Below, one piece after another: positions 56,826 through 64,000 of a stretch of DNA of 64,000 nucleotides. This DNA comes from Gemmatimonadales bacterium (GTDB lineage Bacteria > Gemmatimonadota > Gemmatimonadetes > Gemmatimonadales > GWC2-71-9). The notes beneath the pieces were generated by a model that did not search any database, was not told the origin of the DNA, and saw nothing but the letters and a program-made list of their open reading frames with translations. The position numbers and the translations under genes are program-made. Every line of letters begins with the position of its first letter. Position 1 is the stretch's first letter. The stretch is from assembly GCA_037189525.1 (NCBI GenBank), contig JBBCJC010000005.1:1056001-1120000 (forward strand), written 5' to 3'.

Positions 56826-57419
56826 TCACTCTCCCTCCTGCCAGCGGGGCGCGCTGGTCAGGTCCAGATCGAACTGATCCAGCACGCGCTGGGCCACGAA
56901 GTCGACGAGCTCAGCTACCGTGGTGGGCCGATGGTAGAACCCAGGCGCCGCCGGAAGGATCGTGGCGCCGGCTTCCGCCGCGGCGGTGAGGTTGCGGAGA
57001 TGGACCAGCGACCACGGCGTCTCCCGCGGCACCAGCACGAGCTTGCGGCCTTCCTTGAGCGCGACATCCGCCGCCCGTTCGACCAGCGAGCGGCTGGTGC
57101 CATGCGCCACCGCCGCCACCGTGCCCATCGAGCAGGGGCAGATCAGCATTCCCGAGGTCCGTTGCGAACCCGATGCCGGCTTGGCGCCGCGATCGCCGTC
57201 GTCGAAGACGGTGACGCTGCTCCAGTCGCCACCCGTGGCCGCGCGGAGGGCATCGAGATCGGCGAGACCGGACTCGGTTTGGAAGAGCCGCCAGCCGTGG
57301 CTCGAGATGATCAGCCAGACCGGCACCCGATGCCGAGCAAGCAGGTCCAGGATTCGTACGGCGTAGGGCGCGCCGGATGCGCCCGTCACGGCCATGACCA
57401 GCGGATGCCGCGTGGTCAC
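56826..57419 (-). CDS. ubiX: Flavin prenyltransferase UbiX
   Basis: TGASGAPY, ASGS, PCSMGT, RAADVALKEGR.LVLVPRETP, PGFYHRP. Confidence 0.96.
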   Translation of the reverse strand: MTTRHPLVMAVTGASGAPYAVRILDLLARHRVPVWLIISSHGWRLFQTESGLADLDALRAATGGDWSSVTVFDDGDRGAKPASGSQRTSGMLICPCSMGTVAAVAHGTSRSLVERAADVALKEGRKLVLVPRETPWSLVHLRNLTAAAEAGATILPAAPGFYHRPTTVAELVDFVAQRVLDQFDLDLTSAPRWQEGE

Positions 57420-58654
57420 GGCGCGCTTCCTTTCGCCGTTACGCTGTCGGCTGGCTGACTTCGAATCCGGGAGCGGAAGGTGACCTCGGGCATGGCCGGT
57501 GATGGACCCGACAGGAGTTCGGACGGCGTGCCGCGCAGGTAGCGCTCGAAGAACGCCAACGTGTACGCATTGATGATCTCATGGGCGCGCTTGGCGTCGA
57601 GCCGCTCTTTGGAGCGAGGATAGAACAGCCCCAGGTCCGAGAAGTCGCCGTGGTCGGTCCCGGCGATCGTGACGTTATACCAATCGCCAGACGACCGCTC
57701 ACGCGTGGTGCTGTCCCAGGCGGCCGTCATGGCGGTCAGCTCGCGAATCGCCGGGCGGTCCTTTTCCGGATAGAGCTTTTCGTAGTCGGTCGAGTTATGG
57801 AGCTGCATGACCGGACGGGCGGTGCCGCGCTCGCGCACCGAGCCGAACAGTTGCCCGTCGTGATCGACCGCCGCTTTGACCCGAGGATCATCCGCGGAGA
57901 GCTGGACCGCCGTTGCCCCGCCGAACGACCAGCCAAAGGCTCCGATCCGCTCCAGGTCGAGCCGCCCCTGGAACGGTCCGGGATCGCGCGCCAACCCTTC
58001 GATCCGATCGAGTGCAAAGCGAGCGTCAGCCACCCAGATGGGAAAGACCGGGTCGTCCAGAAATGCCCAGGACGCCTTCGCGTCGGCCCCGCCGTCGCCG
58101 GTTTCCTTGGGCATCGCGAGCGTATCGGGTTCGAACGCCGTGCCATCGGGATACTTGGCCGACTGGTTGAAACCGAAGTGTTCGACGGAGAAGACGACGT
58201 ATCCGTAGCTGGCGAGCCACTGGGTCGTGAAGGTCGAACTCCACCGGGTCCAGCCGCCGCCATGATTGTAGATCAGAACTGGAAACGCCGGGCCCGACGG
58301 CGCGACCGACGCGCCCAGCGCCGCCCAGGTCTTGGACTTGGCTGCCGCACGCGCGCCCGTCTTACTCGCAAACTCGTCGGGCCGAAGCAGATAGCGCGCG
58401 GTATCCGCCTCTCCCGCCACCGCCGGATACCAGACCTGCACTACGACTCGACGGTAGTCCGACGGATTCTTGGTATACGGCTCCGCCCGGCTCGAATCGG
58501 TCCAGGAGTATTCCCGCGTGCCCACCGCATAGGGCCCGCTCGGCGCCGCAAACGGTTGCTCCGGAAACTTGGGCATTGCCCGGCGAATGTAGAGGCCGAG
58601 CCCTACGACGAGGAGCGCGAGTACGACGACCGCGATCTTGACGACCTTCCACAT
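57416..58654 (-). CDS. Membrane-anchored alpha/beta hydrolase (PAF-acetylhydrolase/dienelactone-hydrolase-like)
   Basis: N-terminal TM helix, PSGPYAVG, VQVWYP, HGGG, nucleophile elbow GWSFGG, DG, GTDHGDFSD. Confidence 0.85.
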   Translation of the reverse strand: MWKVVKIAVVVLALLVVGLGLYIRRAMPKFPEQPFAAPSGPYAVGTREYSWTDSSRAEPYTKNPSDYRRVVVQVWYPAVAGEADTARYLLRPDEFASKTGARAAAKSKTWAALGASVAPSGPAFPVLIYNHGGGWTRWSSTFTTQWLASYGYVVFSVEHFGFNQSAKYPDGTAFEPDTLAMPKETGDGGADAKASWAFLDDPVFPIWVADARFALDRIEGLARDPGPFQGRLDLERIGAFGWSFGGATAVQLSADDPRVKAAVDHDGQLFGSVRERGTARPVMQLHNSTDYEKLYPEKDRPAIRELTAMTAAWDSTTRERSSGDWYNVTIAGTDHGDFSDLGLFYPRSKERLDAKRAHEIINAYTLAFFERYLRGTPSELLSGPSPAMPEVTFRSRIRSQPADSVTAKGSAP

Positions 58655-58678
58655 GCGAGCCTCCGGCCGAACGAGGGA

Positions 58679-59593
58679 CTAGACGAGCCGATCGAGCAAC
58701 GCAAACAGAAATACGGTGACGCTCATGACGCCGTTCATGGTGAAGAACGCGGCGTCGAGGCGGGACAGATCACCCGGTTTGACCAACTGATGTTCATAGG
58801 CAAGGATACCGGCCGCGGCCAGCAGGCCCAGATAGTACCAGAGGCCGAAGCCGGCGCCGAAGCCAAAGGCCGCCAGCGCAGGAATCGTCAGCCCGTGCAG
58901 CAGTTTGGCCGCGAGGATCGCGCGCCGTTCGCCCAGCCTGACCACGGCGCTGCGCAGGCCGGTGTTGCGATCGAAAGCTTCATCGGGCAAGGCGTAAAAC
59001 ATGTCGAAGCCTGCCACCCAGGTCGCGACGCCCACCGTCACGGCCAGGAGTACCCACCAGGGCTCGCTCCAGGCGCCCGTCACGGCGAGATAGCCGCCGA
59101 CCGGCGCAATCGCCAGGCTCATTCCGAGCCAGAGATGCGGCCACCAGGTGAAGCGTTTGGCCAGGCTGTAGGTCATGATCCACACGAGCGCCACCGGCGA
59201 CAACCAGAGGCAGACCCGATTGAGCGACCCCGCCGCCGCCACGAACACGATGCCCGCCACGACGACCGAGAGCCACGCCTGACGCAGCGTCAGGGCGCCG
59301 CTGGGCAGCTCCCGCGCGCGGGTCCTGGGGTTCTGCGCATCGAAGTCGCGGTCGACGATCCGGTTGAAGCCCATCGCAACCCAGCGCGCCGCCGAGAAGG
59401 CAATGACCACGAGCAGGACGGTCTGCCACCGGATCGGAGCCTGGAACGACGCTGCCAGCACACCAAGCAGCGCAAACGGCAGCGCGAAGAGGGTGTGGGG
59501 CAGTTTGACGAAATTGAGATACCGCACCGCGAGCGAGCCGCCCGCGAAGGTCTGCCCCTCCCGACCACCCGCCTCCGGCCGGACACCGCTCAC
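58679..59593 (-). CDS. UbiA-family prenyltransferase (MqnP-like)
   Basis: KLPHTLFALPFA, NRIVDRDFDAQNPRT..RELPSG, YS..KRF, WVAGFDMFYA..D, AFFTMNG. GTG overlaps the upstream stop. Confidence 0.92.
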   Translation of the reverse strand: MSGVRPEAGGREGQTFAGGSLAVRYLNFVKLPHTLFALPFALLGVLAASFQAPIRWQTVLLVVIAFSAARWVAMGFNRIVDRDFDAQNPRTRARELPSGALTLRQAWLSVVVAGIVFVAAAGSLNRVCLWLSPVALVWIMTYSLAKRFTWWPHLWLGMSLAIAPVGGYLAVTGAWSEPWWVLLAVTVGVATWVAGFDMFYALPDEAFDRNTGLRSAVVRLGERRAILAAKLLHGLTIPALAAFGFGAGFGLWYYLGLLAAAGILAYEHQLVKPGDLSRLDAAFFTMNGVMSVTVFLFALLDRLV

Positions 59594-61068
59594 AGCTTGA
59601 TGCCCAGCTTGGGCCACATCGCATCGACCCGTTGTTTGGTCGCCGGATCCATTTCGATCAGCGGCGGCCACTCGCGCGTGAAGCCTTCTTCGGGCCACTT
59701 GCGGGTGCCGTCGATGCCCATCTTGCTGCCGAAACTGAATCCGCGGCTGGCGTGATCGAGCACATCGACCGGGCCCATGCTGAATCGCACGTCCCGCTCG
59801 GGATCGATGTTGTTGAGCGCAATCCACCAGGCTTCGTCGGGATCCTGCACGTTGACGTGTTTGTCGACCACGACGATCACCTTGGCCAGCGACATCAGCC
59901 CGGCGCCCCACATGGCATTCATCACCTTGTAGGCATGCCCCGGATACTGCTTGTCGATCGAGACGAAGACCAGGTTATGGAAGATGCCGCACGCCGGCAT
60001 GTGATAGTCGACGACTTCCGGCGTGGTCAGCTTGAGCAGCGGCAGGAAGATCCGCTCGGTCGCATGACCGAGATAATAGTCCTCCATCGGAGGCTTACCG
60101 ACCAGCGTGGCCGGATAGATCGGGTCCTTCCGCATGGTGACGCAGGTGATGTGCATCGCCGGGTAGTAGTCGGCCAGCGAATAGAAACCGGTGTGATCGC
60201 CGAACGGGCCTTCGAGTACCAGCGGCTCGGACGGATCGATGTACCCTTCGAGCACGATGTCGGCGTCGGCCGGCACTTCGAGATCGCAGGTGACAGCCTT
60301 GGCCAACTCGACCGGCGACTTGCGCAGGAAGCCGGCGAAGAGGAACTCGTCGATCATCGGCGGCAGCGGCGCCGACGCCGAGTACATGGCGGCGGGGTCG
60401 CCACCGAGCGCGATGACGACGGGCATCCGTTCGCCCTTTTCCGCCATTTCCCGCCAGTGCGCAGCGCCGACCTTATGCCGCTGCCAGTGCATGGCCACCG
60501 TGTTCTTGCCGGTAACCTGGACGCGGTACATGCCGACGTTGCGGATCCCCTTGCTGGGATCTTCCGTGATCACCATCGGGAAGGTGATGTACGGCCCGCC
60601 GTCATCCGGCCAGGTGGTGAGAATGGGCAGCGAGGACAAATCGACCTCGTCGCCCTGCATCACCACCGCCTGGCACGGTGGCCGGCCGCTCCGGGTCCGG
60701 GGCGGGAACTTGGCCACTTCGGCGAGTTTGGGAAGCATCGAGAGCTTCCCGAGCAGGCCGTCCGGCACCTTCAAGTTGAGCAGTTCGGAAATCCGGCCGC
60801 CGATCTCGTCCAGGCGCTCGACGCCGAGCGAAATGCCCATCCGCCGCATCGAGCCGAACAGATTGATGCCGACCGGCACCGGGCTGGTCTTTCCGTTGGC
60901 CAGCACCGGCTTCTCGAACAGCAGGGCCGGACCACCACCGGGGCTTTTCATGACCCGATCGGTGATTTCCGCCATTTCGAGCCGTACGTCGACCGGATGG
61001 GTAACCCGGACCAGTTCCCCCGCCCGCTCGATGTCCCGCACGAAGTCCCGCAACGTATCTATCGCCAT
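59590..61068 (-). CDS. ubiD: UbiD-family decarboxylase (menaquinone MqnL-like)
   Basis: GPALLF, WPDDGGPYIT, NVGMYR, EGPFGDHTGFY, GKPPMED, GSKMGIDGT.K. Confidence 0.94.
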   Translation of the reverse strand: MAIDTLRDFVRDIERAGELVRVTHPVDVRLEMAEITDRVMKSPGGGPALLFEKPVLANGKTSPVPVGINLFGSMRRMGISLGVERLDEIGGRISELLNLKVPDGLLGKLSMLPKLAEVAKFPPRTRSGRPPCQAVVMQGDEVDLSSLPILTTWPDDGGPYITFPMVITEDPSKGIRNVGMYRVQVTGKNTVAMHWQRHKVGAAHWREMAEKGERMPVVIALGGDPAAMYSASAPLPPMIDEFLFAGFLRKSPVELAKAVTCDLEVPADADIVLEGYIDPSEPLVLEGPFGDHTGFYSLADYYPAMHITCVTMRKDPIYPATLVGKPPMEDYYLGHATERIFLPLLKLTTPEVVDYHMPACGIFHNLVFVSIDKQYPGHAYKVMNAMWGAGLMSLAKVIVVVDKHVNVQDPDEAWWIALNNIDPERDVRFSMGPVDVLDHASRGFSFGSKMGIDGTRKWPEEGFTREWPPLIEMDPATKQRVDAMWPKLGIKL

Positions 61069-61219
61069 GCATCGCCCTGCCGGCAGCCGGCATTTTCGAT
61101 GGTGATTCGGATCTCATTGCCCACTCGGAAATATAGGCCCGAGGCGGGCTCCGGAGCACCTGTTCAGGCCGGTCCGCCCTACCCCTTCCCCACTCGGCAA
61201 ACCCGCTTGCTCGGCATGG

Positions 61220-62638
61220 TCAGAACAGCAACCCGGCAATCGTGGCCGACATGAAGTTGGCCAGGGTGCCCGCGAGCATGGCCCGGAAGCCCAGCCGAGC
61301 CAGGTCGGCCTTGCGGGTGGGCGCCAGCGCGCCGATGCCGCCGATCTGAATCCCGACCGAACTGATGTTGGCAAACCCCGCCAGCGCAAACGAGGCGATC
61401 ACGAACGAACGCGGATCGAGGGTCTCCTTGAGCGGGCCCAGCTGCGAGAATGCCACGAATTCATTGAGCACGGTCCTGGTGCCCAGCAAGCCACCGACGA
61501 CGCCCGCGTCCTGCCACGGCACGCCCATGACCCAGGCAATCGGCCGGCCCACCCAGGACAGAACGGTCTGGATGTTTTCGGGGAACCAGGGCAACCAGCC
61601 GTGGACGGCCCCCATGGCGCCGTTGGTGAGCGCAATCAGCGCGATGAACGAGATCAGCATCGCGATGACGTTGAGCATCAGGTGGAGACCCTCGCTCGTT
61701 CCGCGCGCGGCCGCATCGACGATGTTGACGTCGGTCTTGGGAATCTCGAGCTTGGTGGTGCCGTAGGTCTCCGGCGTTTCGGTTTCCGGTTCGAAGAGCT
61801 TGGCCATCATGATGGTGCCCGGCGCCGTCATGATCACGGCGGTGAGCAGATGCCGCGCTTCGATGCCGAACGCGATGTACGCGGCCATGATCGAGCCGGA
61901 GATGTGGGCCATCCCCGAGGTCATCACCGTCATCAGCTCCGACCGGGTCAGCCGCGCCAGAAAGGGCCGGATGGTGAGGGGCGCTTCGGTCTGCCCCATG
62001 AAGATCGAGGCGGCGACGTTGAGGCTCTCCGCCCCGCTCGCACCGAGGATCCGGCTCATCACGACCGCAAAGGCGCGCACGATCAGCTGCATCACGCCCA
62101 GGTAGTACATGATGGCAAAGAGCGCCGAGACGAAAATGATTGCCGGGAGGATCTGGAGGGCGAAGATGACGCCCAGACTCGAATTCGGTTTGCCCAGTTC
62201 GCCAAAGACGAATTCGGAGCCGGCGTAGGAATAGTGGAGGATCGAGGTGACGATATCGCCCAGCCGGCGGAAGAGTTGCTGGCCGAGCGGGACCCGGAGC
62301 ACGAAGATCGCGAAGAGCACCTGGAGGCCGAAGCCCCAGGCGATCACCTTCCAGCGGATCGACCGGCGCTGGGACGACATGGCGTAGCCGATGCCCAGAA
62401 TGACCACGATGCCCAGGAGCCCGACCAGGCGGGAGGCCAGCGGGACCGGGGCCGGTGGCGCAGCCTGGACCGCCTCAGACAGCTGCACCGGCGGGGCTAT
62501 GACCGTGACCGGCTGCTCCTGCCCGGCCAGCGAGGACAGACCCCGCCCCGCCATTCCGGGCAGGGTCCAGGACGCCACCGAGACGACCACCAGACACAAC
62601 AGTGCCGCCACCCAACCCCGCAGGCGCGATCCGGCCAT
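61220..62638 (-). CDS. nupC: Concentrative nucleoside transporter (CNT/NupC family)
   Basis: GSEFVFG, LPAIIF.SAL, IFMGQTEAPL, NEFVAF, FALAGFANISS.GIQIGG. Confidence 0.93.
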   Translation of the reverse strand: MAGSRLRGWVAALLCLVVVSVASWTLPGMAGRGLSSLAGQEQPVTVIAPPVQLSEAVQAAPPAPVPLASRLVGLLGIVVILGIGYAMSSQRRSIRWKVIAWGFGLQVLFAIFVLRVPLGQQLFRRLGDIVTSILHYSYAGSEFVFGELGKPNSSLGVIFALQILPAIIFVSALFAIMYYLGVMQLIVRAFAVVMSRILGASGAESLNVAASIFMGQTEAPLTIRPFLARLTRSELMTVMTSGMAHISGSIMAAYIAFGIEARHLLTAVIMTAPGTIMMAKLFEPETETPETYGTTKLEIPKTDVNIVDAAARGTSEGLHLMLNVIAMLISFIALIALTNGAMGAVHGWLPWFPENIQTVLSWVGRPIAWVMGVPWQDAGVVGGLLGTRTVLNEFVAFSQLGPLKETLDPRSFVIASFALAGFANISSVGIQIGGIGALAPTRKADLARLGFRAMLAGTLANFMSATIAGLLF

Positions 62639-62776
62639 TGGCCCGCTCCATGTAAACGTGAAGTTCCGACCCGTCGATCCGAGGGGGCTCCGTCGCCCGC
62701 CTGCCGACCGCGAGATTAACTTGCTCTAGTTTCCGCGATCCGCAACGTCGTCCGACCCGAATCCGGAGCCCGCTCC

Positions 62777-64000
62777 GTGTCAACGATCGATCTCGTCGTC
62801 GTCCTGGTCTACCTTGCGGTGTCCATCGGCATCGGCCTCTGGCTGGCCCGATCCCAGACAACTGCCGGCGAGTACTTCCTAGGCGCCAGAAACCTGCCGA
62901 CCTGGGCCATCCTGCTCTCCATCGTCTCGACAGAGACATCGGCCCTGACGGTCATTTCGGTGCCTGGTATCGGGGCCCGGGGCGACCTGACCTTTCTGCA
63001 GCTGGCCATCGGCTACCTGGTCGGCAGGTTTCTGGTGGCTGCCTGGCTGTTGCCAGGGTACTTCCGGGGCGACCAGGAAACCGCCTATGAGCGGATCGAG
63101 AACCGCTTCGGCCCCCGGACCCGTCAGGTGACCTCGCTCGTCTTCATCGTCACCCGAGCCCTCGGCGACGCGGTCCGCGTCTTTGCCAGCGCCATCCCGA
63201 TGGCGATCGTGACCGGCTGGAGTATTCCCACCTCGATCCTGGCCATCGGCATCATCACGCTGATCTATACCTGGTTCGGCGGGTTCAAGGCGGTGGTCTG
63301 GACCGACGTGATGCAGCTGTCGGTCTATGTGGCGGGCGGAGTCGGGGCGCTCTGGATTGCCTGGAGCCTGGCCGGTGGCCCCGGGGAGTCGCTGGCGCTG
63401 TCCGCCGCCGCAAACAAGCTGCGAGTTTTCGACTTCTCATTCAACTTCACCTCGACCTACACCTTCATCGGAGGGCTGGTCGGGGGCGCGATGCTGTCGG
63501 CCGCTTCGCACGGGACCGACCATCTCATCGTGCAGCGCCTGCTGGCCTCCAGTTCGCTCGGCGCGGCCCGAAAAGCTCTGGTCGGCTCCGGCATCGTGGT
63601 CATCCTCCAGTTCCTGCTGTTCCTGCTGGTCGGCTCCGCACTCTGGGCTGCCAACCTGGCGCCGACCGACCAGCCGGCCGATCAACTGTTCCCGCGGTTC
63701 ATCGTCGACCATCTCCCGGTCGGCCTGGCGGGACTGGTGGTGGCCGGCATTCTGGCCGCCGCGATGGGAACCCACAGCTCGGCCATCAACTCGATGGCGT
63801 CGTCAGCTACGCACGATCTCTACGCCGGCATGACCGGCCGGAAAGACCCGAAGCATCTGCTGACCGTCGGACGGTTTTTCTCGGCTGCCTGGGGCATCAT
63901 CCTGATGTTCGGGGCTCTGTTCTTTCACTACTACAGCAAGAACAACGACTCGCCGGTGGTGGTGCTCGCGCTGTCCATTGCGTCGATTACGTACGGCGGC
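62777..64000 (+). CDS. Sodium:solute symporter (SSS family), 3'-truncated
   Basis: GGAG RBS, GTG 62777; EYFLGARNLP.W, STETSALT, GGFKAVVWTDVMQ, VQRLL, AAAMGTHSS; frame open to the window end. Confidence 0.93.
   Translation, partial: MSTIDLVVVLVYLAVSIGIGLWLARSQTTAGEYFLGARNLPTWAILLSIVSTETSALTVISVPGIGARGDLTFLQLAIGYLVGRFLVAAWLLPGYFRGDQETAYERIENRFGPRTRQVTSLVFIVTRALGDAVRVFASAIPMAIVTGWSIPTSILAIGIITLIYTWFGGFKAVVWTDVMQLSVYVAGGVGALWIAWSLAGGPGESLALSAAANKLRVFDFSFNFTSTYTFIGGLVGGAMLSAASHGTDHLIVQRLLASSSLGAARKALVGSGIVVILQFLLFLLVGSALWAANLAPTDQPADQLFPRFIVDHLPVGLAGLVVAGILAAAMGTHSSAINSMASSATHDLYAGMTGRKDPKHLLTVGRFFSAAWGIILMFGALFFHYYSKNNDSPVVVLALSIASITYGG

Overview
High-GC bacterial window. Gene style (many carboxypeptidase-regulatory/TonB proteins, proline-linker lipoproteins, a PilB-REC fusion, a futalosine-type mqnL/mqnP/ubiX cluster, leaderless starts) suggests Gemmatimonadota; this is an inference. 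The core backbone is oxyR, clpX-engB, maf-dtd, glmM-glmS, a trans-sulfuration PLP enzyme, M48 peptidase-purD-mutM-uvrC-like, mqn genes, nupC and an SSS transporter. Accessory blocks interrupt it: (1) a 5'-truncated Rhs toxin with an unassigned, possibly TIR/NDT-like tip plus an immunity gene (1-4.1 kb); (2) a TonB receptor-lipoprotein locus with 11-bp-phased Pho-box-like arrays, followed by a stand-alone NRPS-like A-Asub*-T protein (10.6-18.5 kb); (3) a MarR/nitroreductase/YceI unit with visible operators and a di-cupredoxin gene with a highly structured leader (26.7-31.4 kb); (4) a YciF general-stress cluster with a (PNRPND)9 protein (45.4-47.7 kb); (5) a variable region (50.5-56.3 kb). The variable region holds the most unusual signal: about 20 degenerate, strictly phased 21-bp units with no single continuous reading frame, upstream of an uncharacterised gene. 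It also holds a TonB-receptor remnant, an orphan antitoxin-like ORF and two tandem HEPN-motif genes, one frameshifted. No rRNA, tRNA, CRISPR array, integrase or transposase was recognised. All assignments are from motif reading by eye; no searches were run.
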